Shown here: one piece after another, positions 48,336 to 57,857 of the stretch
How positions within the stretch are numbered: the stretch's first letter is position 1
How the letters are laid out: each line of letters opens with the position of its first letter
From: a virus
Direction: 5' to 3' (one strand)
Virus record (IMG/VR): IMGVR_UViG_3300005676_000020
Span: 1-64,000 of that record
Length of the DNA stretch: 64,000 nt
Program-made: the position numbers and the translations under genes
The notes under the pieces: generated by a model
Told to the model about the DNA's origin: nothing
The model's input: only the letters and a program-made list of their open reading frames with translations
The model's database searches: none

Positions 48336-48773
48336 TTAACCACTGTGACCGAATCCTTTATCTCCTCGCCCGGTTTCGTCCAGGTCGTCAACCTTTTCCC
48401 AGACGGCCCTGAACCAGGGACAGATGACACCTTGGGCTATTTTGTCACCCTTCCTAACCTCATGGACGACATTTGAGTTGTTCTCCATGATTATCATCAC
48501 CTCGCCGCGATAGTCCGAATCTATCGTCCCGGGTGAATTGGCAATTCTTACTTTTGTCTTAGACGAGAGTCCACTCCTCGGCCGCACCTGTAGTTCAAAG
48601 CCGGGAGGTATCGACACGCAAACTCCGGTTTTTACCATAGTGACAGTAAAGGGGTTAAGAACAACCCCTTCACTAGCCACAAAATCAAATCCCGAAGACC
48701 CTTCCGTTGCGTATGTTGGAACCTCAGCTCCGTCAAGGGTTTTTATCTTGATTGTTATCCTGTTATCTATCAT
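48336..48773 (-). CDS. dut: trimeric dUTPase
   Basis: Motifs SGFD, RPRSG, NSPGTIDSDYRGE, IAQ and RG.KGFGHSG. Confidence 0.95.
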   Translation of the reverse strand: MIDNRITIKIKTLDGAEVPTYATEGSSGFDFVASEGVVLNPFTVTMVKTGVCVSIPPGFELQVRPRSGLSSKTKVRIANSPGTIDSDYRGEVMIIMENNSNVVHEVRKGDKIAQGVICPWFRAVWEKVDDLDETGRGDKGFGHSG

Positions 48774-49092
48774 AAAATAGTGGTGAATTTTCGTAGATTC
48801 TTACCGGTCTTTCCACCTTGATAATACACTCGTCTCCTACAACTTTACAATCGACGCCCAACGCTGTGAGCTCCTTCAAGAAATTCTTTTCTATGAAGGA
48901 CGGACTACTCGGATTGTCTACCTCAGCAACATATATTTCGTTCGGTTTTAGTACGTAACCGTACTCCGGTATCCATATCTGCTCTAATTGGTTCTTGCCC
49001 TTAGTGTCCAGGGCGTCTACTTCTTTCTTGCCTGTCTTCTGATGCCTTCTTATGTTCTTCGTGTACGTTAAAAGCCTTTCTAATCTTAACAT
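48763..49092 (-). CDS. hypothetical protein resembling a degenerate dCTP deaminase
   Basis: Start reassigned to ATG 49092. LD.K..N....I.IPE.G.VL.P and V.RPVRIY recall Dcd, but the catalytic segment is missing. Confidence 0.45.
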   Translation of the reverse strand: MLRLERLLTYTKNIRRHQKTGKKEVDALDTKGKNQLEQIWIPEYGYVLKPNEIYVAEVDNPSSPSFIEKNFLKELTALGVDCKVVGDECIIKVERPVRIYENSPLFYDR

Positions 49093-49093
49093 T

Positions 49094-49561
49094 TTACTGC
49101 ATTGTAGTAACTTCACTTTCTTCAGTGCCCACCGGGACACTGTGTCCACTGTCCTCGGAAGCCTTATCACCCATGCTCTCAGGCATACCTGATGTCAAAG
49201 GTGAGCTCTTTTTCAAGGACTCCTCATAAAACTCAAGAAACTGTTCTGAGTTCTCTACAAAATTCTCACAAAACCACCTAATGTCTTTTGGGTCTGAAAG
49301 GTAGAACTCATAGCTGGTTTCTAACCTCACCCTTTCTTGCTTTTCTCTTCGTTGCGGCCCCTTCTCGAGCTGAACCATGCCAAACTCGTCAATCTTAGGA
49401 ACCATCTGAAAACGCTCCTTTACTTCTCGTGTAAGGAGCAGGATAAAATTCTGTTCTGCATAGAACAGACCGTCTGCGTAGGCGGTATCTTTGTGAAGCG
49501 GCATAAAGCCGTAACTTTCCTGGCCTCTAATAGAGGTCTTGTAAGCATAATACTGTTTCAT
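49094..49561 (-). CDS. conserved crAss-like hypothetical protein
   Basis: 155 aa, KE.F.MVPK.DE.G motif, tightly packed in the operon. Confidence 0.6.
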   Translation of the reverse strand: MKQYYAYKTSIRGQESYGFMPLHKDTAYADGLFYAEQNFILLLTREVKERFQMVPKIDEFGMVQLEKGPQRREKQERVRLETSYEFYLSDPKDIRWFCENFVENSEQFLEFYEESLKKSSPLTSGMPESMGDKASEDSGHSVPVGTEESEVTTMQ

Positions 49562-49572
49562 AAAAAACTTAT

Positions 49573-50172
49573 TTAACCCAAAGGTAAGCGTTTTCCAGAA
49601 ACAGAACCAACTTTTTTTACAATTTTCAGGGAAGTTGTTTCTTTTGCTACGTTCGGCGGGTCCATCAGCTCTCCAACCTCTTCAAGATTGTCGACGCCGA
49701 TTTCTTCCGATACGAACTCGTAGTATAGCTCGGGGTACAACGACATGTGAATATGCCGCCCCGGTCTCGGGAGCTTATCTGTGGAAGCTCCATGGAAGGT
49801 TAGTATTCTTTTCTTAACACCTTCCGGGAAAAGGGAATATTTTCCTGCTCTGAACTTGGCCACTGTGTCTTTGATAGACGACAGATTAAACACGTATGCC
49901 TTTCCTCCATCTTCAAGTTCATACATGTGTTCATAGTACGGATTCTTTAGCAGGGTATTTCTTTCAAAGGGCTCATACAGGATTGAGTCAGTCCGTAAAT
50001 AGACTACCAAAAGCCTGTTGTTATCGATACTTTCTTCCTCGCCCCACCACATATAAGTAGACGGGGCGAATGGCTGGTCTCTTGATATCCCCAAAAGGGG
50101 AAACAAGTAGTTCAGACTTTTCTGAAAGTATTCACCGTAAAGGTACTTCTGAGGTTTAATCATCTCACTCAC
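49573..50172 (-). CDS. conserved hypothetical protein
   Basis: 199 aa with YLFPLLG and F..GKYS.F patterns. Operonic. Confidence 0.6.
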   Translation of the reverse strand: MSEMIKPQKYLYGEYFQKSLNYLFPLLGISRDQPFAPSTYMWWGEEESIDNNRLLVVYLRTDSILYEPFERNTLLKNPYYEHMYELEDGGKAYVFNLSSIKDTVAKFRAGKYSLFPEGVKKRILTFHGASTDKLPRPGRHIHMSLYPELYYEFVSEEIGVDNLEEVGELMDPPNVAKETTSLKIVKKVGSVSGKRLPLG

Positions 50173-50488
50173 ATTTTAAAAGTTCACCGTTCAGGTGTTT
50201 CTCCAGAAGCTTTTCGTACAGCTCTCTGGCACCTGGCACCCGGTCGATATCTATCTCGACCTGGGCGTGAACCTCGGGATGAAGCATTATGACATTCCAC
50301 TCGCACCACCTGTACTCTGGAAACCGTGATTTCGGAAGAATATGATGGAAGAATGTGGTCAATGGCTCATCGCCGAGGTATCTGTTCGTAATCTTGCATC
50401 TCCTGTTCGATTTTTCCCAGATTCTCGTGTAAAAGGCTATATCCTTTTGCCACATTTCCTTATTGTATGGTTTCTTCCTTCTTTTCAC
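50165..50488 (-). CDS. HNH/NinG-like small nuclease
   Basis: C.IT...FHHILPKS.FPEYR...NV..L...H pattern. Confidence 0.6.
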   Translation of the reverse strand: MKRRKKPYNKEMWQKDIAFYTRIWEKSNRRCKITNRYLGDEPLTTFFHHILPKSRFPEYRWCEWNVIMLHPEVHAQVEIDIDRVPGARELYEKLLEKHLNGELLKCE

Positions 50489-51461
50489 TCGTTCCTTTTA
50501 ACACCAGTCCCCTTATCTCCTCGTATAGGTCGGGGTTGTTGGTAAGCATTTCGCTTACAGTCCCGATACCTTGCCCTAATCTTGAACCATTGTAATAGTA
50601 CCAAGACCCCTTTACGTCTATGATACCCATTTCGCTTGCAACCTCCGCAAGCTCGGCGATAGTGTCGATTCCTTTTCCAAACACCACATCGAATTCGGCC
50701 TCCTTATAAGGTACGGAGAGTTTGTTCTTTGAAACTATACATGTAGTACGGTTTAGAACCTTAACATCCGATCCCTTTTCTGCCAATACTTTCTTGGAAA
50801 CGTCAACTACCATGTGTGCATAAAACTTGAGCGCATTTCCTCCGGTGCCGGTTACTGGGCTTCCATACATTACCCCCGGTTTTTCCCGAAGTTGGGTTAT
50901 ATAAATGATCAGGCAGTTATGTTGTGCTGCCAGCGTTACAAATTTAGGAAGGCTTGAACTCATCAACCTGGCTTGTAAGGCCATGGATGCTGTTCCTACC
51001 GGGTCCTCTATTTGCTTTTTCGTGATGAGTGAAGTCTGAGAGTCAAAGACCACGACACCTATTGACCCCGATTTAATGAGTAGCTCGGCTATGTTATAGC
51101 AGGTTTCTGCACCATCCTGGTCAAGCTGACGAATAAGAAGTTCGTCAATGTTCACCCCCAAAGCCTTAGCGTACTTTGCGTCGAAAGAGTTCTCGCCGTC
51201 TACAAGAAGGCATTTAACTCCTCTCTTCTGAGCGTTCGCTATAACATTTAGGGCAATAGTGCTCTTACCGCTTGACTGCCAGCCCTTTAATTCAACGACA
51301 GCCCCTCTTGGAAACCCACCTACGCCGGTGGCTAAGTCCAATTTGAGACTGCCGGTGCTAATAACATCCGGTTTCTGCCTGGCTTCGTTACCAAACATAA
51401 CCGAACCCTCGCCAAATTTTTTTTCTACCTCTTCAAGGTATTTTTTAAGTTGTTTATCCAT
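50460..51461 (-). CDS. recA: RecA recombinase
   Basis: ISTGSL.LD.A.G.GG.PRG, Walker A GWQSSGKS, VVFDS, QARLMS, QLREK.GVMYGSP, GGNALKFYA, KNK. Start reassigned to ATG 51461 (333 aa). Confidence 0.95.
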   Translation of the reverse strand: MDKQLKKYLEEVEKKFGEGSVMFGNEARQKPDVISTGSLKLDLATGVGGFPRGAVVELKGWQSSGKSTIALNVIANAQKRGVKCLLVDGENSFDAKYAKALGVNIDELLIRQLDQDGAETCYNIAELLIKSGSIGVVVFDSQTSLITKKQIEDPVGTASMALQARLMSSSLPKFVTLAAQHNCLIIYITQLREKPGVMYGSPVTGTGGNALKFYAHMVVDVSKKVLAEKGSDVKVLNRTTCIVSKNKLSVPYKEAEFDVVFGKGIDTIAELAEVASEMGIIDVKGSWYYYNGSRLGQGIGTVSEMLTNNPDLYEEIRGLVLKGTSEKKEETIQ

Positions 51462-51474
51462 AAAATAAAGGTAG

Positions 51475-52524
51475 TCAAATTTCCTGGAACAGGGAAACTT
51501 TTCTAACACCTTTATTCTGGAAATCTGTATAGGACATGTTCCAGATTCCGTACGAGGAATGCCATGCAATCTCGTCAAGTATCTGGTTAACCCCTTTATA
51601 TTCTCTTCCGTTACGGGTGAACCCTTTCAGGCCTATTTCGAGGTCCTTCATCGAAGTAGTGTAGATTAACGGCCCTTCCATTACATTCTGGCTTGCTACA
51701 ATGAACTGCATTGGCATAATTTCCAGTCCAGGGTAATGTTCTGCAGCCCAAGCTTTTACAGCTTGGTAGTATATAGACCACTGCAGATAGTACCGGTGTT
51801 TAATCACGTTCACCTCAAAGTTCCAGCCTACCGTCTTAAGGTCGTAGATGTATATCTTCTTCTCTTTCAGGTCTACGATGATAATATCACACATAGCCTT
51901 CATGTCATGACCCTGGTATCGGAACTCGATAGTTTGTTCCCGCAAGACTATCGTATCCTTGTCGCTCCTGCGGTTTACTATATGAGCTGTTACACTATTG
52001 GTTTTCAGCTCGTTGACCGTCATATTGGCAAAGTCGAATGTTCTGAGGTCTATCACCTCCTTGCCATAGTTGTCAACCTTCTCTTGGTAGTAAGGTAAGC
52101 CTTCGTTTCTGAATCTATCATAAACTTCTTCAAACGACTTACCTTTAAATGATACTCTCTCGCCGTTGCGGTCGAACGCAACCTGGTCGAACGCCTCTCT
52201 TACCAAACCCTGATCTGGGTCTCTTACCAGCTCTCCTCCTGTCGCCACTATTTTCCACAGGCTATCCACAAGTTCTTTCATCTGAGGTTTCGGAGTAATA
52301 CCTACTCTCAACGGACAGAATCTGTCGTCGAACTCTTCCGGCGTAAGTAGAAGACAATGAACCACGTCCCCGTAAAGGGTCGATGACTTTTCTTCGTCCT
52401 CTGGTTCCTTCAATATGTACTTCTTGTAAAACTTAAGTCGACTGTCCTCAAAGTCTTTGCAAGCACTGTAGTTAATGTACGGCAGCTTTTTATACTCACT
52501 TCTTGTTCTTTGTACAATTTGCAT
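51475..52524 (-). CDS. PD-(D/E)XK exonuclease (DUF3799/RecE-like)
   Basis: NYS..K, G..VH..LL, EQ.I, K...D....D......DLKT and Y.LQ..IY motifs. Confidence 0.8.
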   Translation of the reverse strand: MQIVQRTRSEYKKLPYINYSACKDFEDSRLKFYKKYILKEPEDEEKSSTLYGDVVHCLLLTPEEFDDRFCPLRVGITPKPQMKELVDSLWKIVATGGELVRDPDQGLVREAFDQVAFDRNGERVSFKGKSFEEVYDRFRNEGLPYYQEKVDNYGKEVIDLRTFDFANMTVNELKTNSVTAHIVNRRSDKDTIVLREQTIEFRYQGHDMKAMCDIIIVDLKEKKIYIYDLKTVGWNFEVNVIKHRYYLQWSIYYQAVKAWAAEHYPGLEIMPMQFIVASQNVMEGPLIYTTSMKDLEIGLKGFTRNGREYKGVNQILDEIAWHSSYGIWNMSYTDFQNKGVRKVSLFQEI

Positions 52525-52528
52525 GACG

Positions 52529-52560
52529 CAAATCTAGGTATTTTCTTCGTAATTTCCAAG
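52529..52560 (-). promoter_or_regulatory. Bacteroidota-type promoter, leaderless-style
   Basis: TTGGAAATT...TAGATTTG-CGTC-ATG. Confidence 0.7.
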
Positions 52561-52785
52561 AATGGCTCCATTCTTGTTCGCTACACAGTACTGAGCGTAG
52601 CCTTTCATCACGGCTACTGGCTGAGTTTTCTTGCTCTTAGTGAATACTATCTTTTGAGAGAACATGGAGATGTTTGGCACTATGTGGCATTTGCCACGGA
52701 AATGGACAGACCACATAACCTTACCGGCTTTGAGAGATGCCGGTTTATTATAGTGCGCCGTCCATACGTAGTGTCTTCTCTTCAT
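52534..52785 (-). CDS. small basic hypothetical protein
   Basis: 83 aa with HYNKPAS...SVHF.G.CHIV. Overlaps its neighbours in the operon. Confidence 0.55.
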   Translation of the reverse strand: MKRRHYVWTAHYNKPASLKAGKVMWSVHFRGKCHIVPNISMFSQKIVFTKSKKTQPVAVMKGYAQYCVANKNGAILGNYEENT

Positions 52786-53089
52786 TTTTGGATTTTATCA
52801 TTGCTGAAAAAATAGCCGAATAGCAGGCCAAATCCATAAGGGTGTCATGTACTGACTCGTCCTTTACCTGCAAGGATTTTCCGGCGCTAAAAGACGCTAA
52901 CCTGCTCATTTTGTCCATCATCCTTGTCAGGATTCCGGTTTCTGCAGATATACCCAGACTCTTCACCGACTCAAAGTTGGCAAATGGATTGTCTGAGGTG
53001 TTTGTATAGTCGGAATTTTTAGCCTGTAGCGTATCCAGGCAAGTATCAAAGAAGCTTCCGCAGTGCTTTAAAAAATCGTTTTTATTCAT
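52748..53089 (-). CDS. nucleotide-modification-associated domain protein (DUF1599-like, MazG-fold)
   Basis: KNSDY...PFANF...GILTRM.DK.SRL...ESV.DTL.DLA.YS. Confidence 0.75.
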   Translation of the reverse strand: MNKNDFLKHCGSFFDTCLDTLQAKNSDYTNTSDNPFANFESVKSLGISAETGILTRMMDKMSRLASFSAGKSLQVKDESVHDTLMDLACYSAIFSAMIKSKNEEKTLRMDGAL

Positions 53090-53495
53090 GTATTCTACCT
53101 TTAAAAAATCTTAACACATGTCCATTCCAGCTATCGATAAAGATAGCCTTCTCCGTGAAAAGGTAGTGGGTTTCCCAATAAGATAGGCTTTGCCGGTCTT
53201 TACAGAACTTGAGTATGACTCGTTGAAAGCCCTCTGTAGAACCTCTTTTTTTTATGTATTCGAGAAGGGGTTTACAGCTACCCCAGTAATCCTTCCAACC
53301 ACTGTCTTTGTGTTCTACAACCACTCTTTTTCTTGTGCTTTTCCTTGCTTTCTTGCCAAGACGTCTCTTTCTCTTGTGCTGAAAAGCCTTCTTTCCCCAA
53401 TAAGGTATGCCTTTGTCATCTATGATAACGTAGACAAATCCATAGAACCCTTTAGGGGCAACTCTTATCTCTTTCTTCTTGAAAATCCAATTCAT
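53082..53495 (-). CDS. GIY-YIG family nuclease (Seg/EndoII-like)
   Basis: YGFVY.I.......YWGKK...S.WKDYWGS...L.Y.E...N. Start reassigned to ATG 53495. Confidence 0.75.
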   Translation of the reverse strand: MNWIFKKKEIRVAPKGFYGFVYVIIDDKGIPYWGKKAFQHKRKRRLGKKARKSTRKRVVVEHKDSGWKDYWGSCKPLLEYIKKRGSTEGFQRVILKFCKDRQSLSYWETHYLFTEKAIFIDSWNGHVLRFFKGRIHE

Positions 53496-53535
53496 AGAAG
53501 GGCGAAGATATTGAATCTCCGCCCTTTTACAAAAT

Positions 53536-54114
53536 TTAAAGTTCATCCAATGCTGACTTCAGTAAGTCTTCGATGTATCTCTTCTTCTCGCCTATTGTCC
53601 TGAAAGCTGGCATCTCAGGCTTTCTGGCAAAGGCCCCGGAGATATTCTTCTGAACTCTGATTTCTCCCGGAAGGGAGCTAATCAGCCTTCTCAGCACTGC
53701 ACCCAGGTCTCCTGACAAAGCGTCTGTTTTAACATAGCTCACGGTCAAATCCCTGGTATCTATCCAATCTTCCATTCTTTCGATGTAAAAGACGTCTATT
53801 TGGCCGTCCTTGGTAAGTTCAGCTAAAAGTCCTTTCGCTCCTATGTACGTCTTTTCCTTGTACTTAAAAGCGAAGGGTCTGGAGTACACGTCGATAACTT
53901 CCTCTATTTGAGACCGGGTGAGAGATATTAAGCCGGCACGTTTGCTCGTAGCATAGTACTCGAACTTATTCTCGTTCTCCATAGCCCCTCCCAGAAAATA
54001 GATTGGAAAGTTCACATCAGAATGGTCGAAGTACGTTCCTGAATTTGTCAAGACTGCCCTTTTGACAGCCTCATCAGCATAAGGAACTTGCTTGAATTCT
54101 GCTAACTCAGTCAT
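53536..54114 (-). CDS. hypothetical protein, last gene of the Ubl-conjugation cluster
   Basis: 192 aa. Overlaps the ThiF gene end by 8 nt. Confidence 0.6.
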   Translation of the reverse strand: MTELAEFKQVPYADEAVKRAVLTNSGTYFDHSDVNFPIYFLGGAMENENKFEYYATSKRAGLISLTRSQIEEVIDVYSRPFAFKYKEKTYIGAKGLLAELTKDGQIDVFYIERMEDWIDTRDLTVSYVKTDALSGDLGAVLRRLISSLPGEIRVQKNISGAFARKPEMPAFRTIGEKKRYIEDLLKSALDEL

Positions 54115-54832
54115 TGCTGTACATGTTTAGTGGAACCATGTATTCATGGTAAAACGGAAGTTTTCTTATATTCTTCTCCTTTCCTGTGTTAAAAGCCCAG
54201 TTCGTAAGGAACGCCGTCATATGTGAGGCTATCATCGCCGCACAATGCGAAGTCTGCTTAAATGTACAATCCGCCTCCAGAACTTCGTTGTCGCTGAAAA
54301 GGTAATCCTTTTCGTAGCGGTCCATGTTCTCTGTACTGTCACCGGTAATGCTAAGTATTTGCATGGTCTCTGCCAGGAGTCTGCCGTCCATGAACAAGCA
54401 GTTCCTCCTGTCCTTAGGGTCAAGGCTCTCTACGTGCCGTCTCCAGTTCGCAAAGGCCACCTTTCTTGCAACCATGTTATCAAATCCGCAAAGAACCACA
54501 TCGTTCGTAGGCTCATCCTCGGTGTACTTACCAAAACACTCTACCACACAGTCGGGAGATAGCTCATTGATGAGCTCCTTCATAGCTTCTGCCTTATTCT
54601 TACCTAAGGCATTTTGCTTTACAATCTGACCGGTCATATTATGTTCTTCGTATATGTCGTGGTCGTAAAGATAAAGCTCACAGCCGAGACGGCTGACTAA
54701 AAAGGAAAGGTGAGAGCCTATCCCGCCCTGTCCCAAAATCATAACCGGTTTTTTATAGAGTGAAGGGAACCATTCGGCTCCCTTCATTCTTGCATACTGG
54801 CCCGGAACAACCAGTTCTTTTTCTTCTGTCAT
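54107..54832 (-). CDS. ThiF/MoeB-family E1-like adenylyltransferase
   Basis: ILGQGGIGS, YDHD.YEEHN..GQ, NKAEA, FDNM.ARK, MDGRL motifs, with a candidate catalytic Cys in EADCT. Confidence 0.9.
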   Translation of the reverse strand: MTEEKELVVPGQYARMKGAEWFPSLYKKPVMILGQGGIGSHLSFLVSRLGCELYLYDHDIYEEHNMTGQIVKQNALGKNKAEAMKELINELSPDCVVECFGKYTEDEPTNDVVLCGFDNMVARKVAFANWRRHVESLDPKDRRNCLFMDGRLLAETMQILSITGDSTENMDRYEKDYLFSDNEVLEADCTFKQTSHCAAMIASHMTAFLTNWAFNTGKEKNIRKLPFYHEYMVPLNMYSND

Positions 54833-55830
54833 ACTTCTGAGTCTTGATAATCGTATTTTGCCAGGTCACGGAAACATTCTCCCAGGTCTTCAGTCGCATC
54901 GGCGTTAACCATGTGATAGTTATCTCTCAGAATCCTGGAGGCAGTTTCACAGGTGTTTTTGTAGCGCCTGAGTCCAGGGTCGCTTTCGAACCAGAAGCGG
55001 TAAGCCTCTCCACTCCTCTTTCTTATGCGGTCTTTTACAACCTCTTTCTCCTGCTTGGTTTTATCATCGTACTCGTTCAGGAGTTCGATGATGCTTTTTC
55101 CGCAGTTGACTTCTCCGGAGAGCAGATGTCTGATATAATTATACATTCCTCTCTCAACCTCTGAACCTTTTGGAGTTTTGCTTTTCTTGGTCTCAGAAGC
55201 CGTGCGAAAAAATCCTGAATCGGAAGTACCTCCGGGGGACTTCCTGGCTTTAATCTCCTGGATTCTTCCATTGACGTCGTCAACAGGGACATTTCCTGGT
55301 AAGGTTATGTCGCAATCGTAAACGAAGATATAAGTCTCTCCGTCAGGAACAACTTCCTGTGCGGGTTCGCCTTTTTCGTTCCGATATTCCAGAAGAGAGG
55401 TTTTCCTGACAGCTCTGAAGGCTATTTTAGCCACCATGTCATTGTAGTTGTTCACTATCAGCGACAGGTATATATTGTGGAATTCAGAGTTCGTTTCGAG
55501 CTCATCAGTATCCGTTCCGGAGAAGAACACTGACATTGAATTATGAGAATGAATATGACCTTTGGTAAGACCAAGCAGATGCTTGTTCTCCATCATATGT
55601 TTCACAATATCCGGCCCGTATTCATACTCGGTGTAGCCGGCAGTACCTATATCCATAAGATACAGTTCTTCAGCGCGGCATTTGAAATCCGGGGTTCCAA
55701 AAGAACCTTCGGTCTTATAGAATAGTACACCTGACCATTCTACATTAGGCACCTGCTTGCAGATGTGGCTTATCTGCATCTGCAGTTTTTCTGATATCTC
55801 CAGAGGCACCCGCATTGGAAGAGTTCTCAT
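54829..55830 (-). CDS. JAB/MPN+ metallopeptidase (deubiquitinase-like)
   Basis: VEWSG...HIHSH....FFSGTD = E-x(n)-HxH-x7-S-x2-D. Start uncertain (55830 or 55929). Confidence 0.88.
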   Translation of the reverse strand: MRTLPMRVPLEISEKLQMQISHICKQVPNVEWSGVLFYKTEGSFGTPDFKCRAEELYLMDIGTAGYTEYEYGPDIVKHMMENKHLLGLTKGHIHSHNSMSVFFSGTDTDELETNSEFHNIYLSLIVNNYNDMVAKIAFRAVRKTSLLEYRNEKGEPAQEVVPDGETYIFVYDCDITLPGNVPVDDVNGRIQEIKARKSPGGTSDSGFFRTASETKKSKTPKGSEVERGMYNYIRHLLSGEVNCGKSIIELLNEYDDKTKQEKEVVKDRIRKRSGEAYRFWFESDPGLRRYKNTCETASRILRDNYHMVNADATEDLGECFRDLAKYDYQDSEV

Positions 55831-56836
55831 CTCTAACGAGTCTTTTGTAGACCATGCTTTTGATTTCTTCCCGTACGAACTTCGTGATTTCAGGCCTTGG
55901 GTAATAGGCTTGTTCTGATTTTTTTTCATTAATTACGTCTTTTACTATTGGTTTGTAATGGTGTCCTCTGAAGAACACCCCATGTCCGAAAAGCTCAGGG
56001 TTATTAAGAGCACTTTTGCTAAAATCGTTGTTTATTTCAGGTTCGACATATGTACCTGATTCTGTCCTGAAGCATATGTACTTTTTTCCGTAAGCTTCAT
56101 GGAGCTCTTTGCCGAAAACCTTTTCGAAAGGTGTTTTGATGATAACTTCTACGGAAGGAGAAGTTATAAGAGTCAGGTTTTCTTTTAAGTGACCCTTGCA
56201 TTTTGACAGGACTTCTCTAATATTGTGCTTGTCCGCGTCGGAAAGTTCGTTCTCGTGGACAATCGGCTTAACGGCTTGGTCTTGTCTGACGAAACCGCTC
56301 GAGTCTTCGACATTCTCCCACTCTAAGTATGCTTTCAAAGCTACGGCAAAAGCTTGGAATGGAAGTTCCTCAAACTGAGGTTTATGCCATAAAGCGGGTA
56401 TTATCTTAGACAAAGGGCCACTGCCCATACACACACCTTCAAAGTAACCAGATCCTACTCCGTGACCCATGTTGGCATGAGCATCAGGGACGTCAGTAAA
56501 CGTGGTTCTCGCGAAAATCGGAGCTTGATTGAACGTGCCAGTAGCTATGCTCAAACTAAAGTTCACGAATATATCGTTTACAATCTTCACTCGCTGCTCG
56601 TAGTGACAACGAACGATTATTTCATCGTACCGAACTAGTATAGGAAAGCTACCCCCAGGAAACCTTAGGCCTGCGGAAGCGTTGATCCTGATACATTCAT
56701 CGATATTTTCGTTGTAGCCGTTGATAATCTCGTAGTTCTTTCCGAAGCACCTGTCAAGAGTCTTCTCAATCCTGTCCCACAGATTCTTGTCCCTTTTGTC
56801 CCACTGGTTTCTTAGAGACACTTTTGATATTGCCAT
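55745..56836 (-). CDS. prokaryotic E2-like conjugating protein, paralog 2
   Basis: VRYD.I.V...DIFV.F...RT.F....HAN...VCMGSGP...F.AF.VALKAYLEWE. Confidence 0.6.
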   Translation of the reverse strand: MAISKVSLRNQWDKRDKNLWDRIEKTLDRCFGKNYEIINGYNENIDECIRINASAGLRFPGGSFPILVRYDEIIVRCHYEQRVKIVNDIFVNFSLSIATGTFNQAPIFARTTFTDVPDAHANMGHGVGSGYFEGVCMGSGPLSKIIPALWHKPQFEELPFQAFAVALKAYLEWENVEDSSGFVRQDQAVKPIVHENELSDADKHNIREVLSKCKGHLKENLTLITSPSVEVIIKTPFEKVFGKELHEAYGKKYICFRTESGTYVEPEINNDFSKSALNNPELFGHGVFFRGHHYKPIVKDVINEKKSEQAYYPRPEITKFVREEIKSMVYKRLVRDENSSNAGASGDIRKTADADKPHLQAGA

Positions 56837-57818
56837 TAGCATTTAAGTTTTTAGATAATACAACGTCTTCTATTGCACCTACAACCTGTTTAAGAACGTT
56901 CGGGGAAACTACGTAACCACCGGCCCGTAGTAAGTTCTCTGCCTTATCCGAAGCAATGGTCAGATGAACCCTCTGTCCCTTAAAGACAATATACTTATCT
57001 GGAAACACATGACCCTCCCAACTTCCGGGGGTGTCGACTTCCCTACTTTCCTGAACGTAAGTTTTAGTATAAGGGTCTTTAAGCGCTAAGAGATTAAGGA
57101 ACTTCTGAGCACATATATTCCCTAAAACTAACTCAAATGAGGGAGAAGCTATAACCTTCATGGAATCTCCCTCCTGTACCAGATTCAGATATTTCCATGC
57201 TTCGTGGTTTTTGAGCTCTTTAAGAATTTCGGCTAACTGTTCTTTTGTGGCTGAGGCCACTGCAGGAGTTTTGGAGTATCTTTGTATGTTTTCGTACCCC
57301 GGTTCTTCCCATCCAAGGAAGGCCCTCAGTGCAACCAAGAAAGCTTTGAACTTTGGTTCAGTGATGCATCTCCCCTGTTGTACACAACAACTGTCGAAAA
57401 CATCGTTAATAACACCATTTCCGGTACACAAACCATTAAACTTGTGTATTATCTTCGGGGCGTTAGGATGCGAATGAAGGTAACCACTTGTATATTCGTG
57501 GTAAGTAGCTTTCGTCCTGGCCACGTAGAACCTGAGATGCGGCATGAAAAGACCGTCGTTTTTTACAAAGAACCTTACGTATACATCTCGGATGACATGA
57601 CTTCGCTTATGTACGTTTGTAACTTCTATCGAGTCATACCGGACGGTCACCGGTGTCATATTCATACGAGAGGTTACCATTTCCGGATAATGCCGTTGCT
57701 CCGAACGCATTTGACTCCACTCCTCTTCAGTAACTTTCTCAGGGAAGTCAAAGTTCCCCTCTCCGAAGAAATCTTTAAGACATTTAGTTATGATTTCCCG
57801 GGTATTTTTGTTGACCAT
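56766..57818 (-). CDS. prokaryotic E2-like conjugating protein, paralog 1
   Basis: VRYD.I.V.N......I.DVYV.F...RT......GYLHSHPN...LCTGNG...F.AF.VALRAFL.WE. Confidence 0.65.
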   Translation of the reverse strand: MVNKNTREIITKCLKDFFGEGNFDFPEKVTEEEWSQMRSEQRHYPEMVTSRMNMTPVTVRYDSIEVTNVHKRSHVIRDVYVRFFVKNDGLFMPHLRFYVARTKATYHEYTSGYLHSHPNAPKIIHKFNGLCTGNGVINDVFDSCCVQQGRCITEPKFKAFLVALRAFLGWEEPGYENIQRYSKTPAVASATKEQLAEILKELKNHEAWKYLNLVQEGDSMKVIASPSFELVLGNICAQKFLNLLALKDPYTKTYVQESREVDTPGSWEGHVFPDKYIVFKGQRVHLTIASDKAENLLRAGGYVVSPNVLKQVVGAIEDVVLSKNLNANGNIKSVSKKPVGQKGQESVGQD

Positions 57819-57857
57819 CTTGTTTCTTTTTGTAGATGGAAAAAAAGAAAGGTTGTC

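Noticed and set aside
54107-54832. Thiamine/molybdopterin biosynthesis role for the ThiF protein
   Set aside because: No ThiS/ThiG/MoaE, rhodanese or cysteine desulfurase genes nearby. The neighbours are E2-like and JAB genes.
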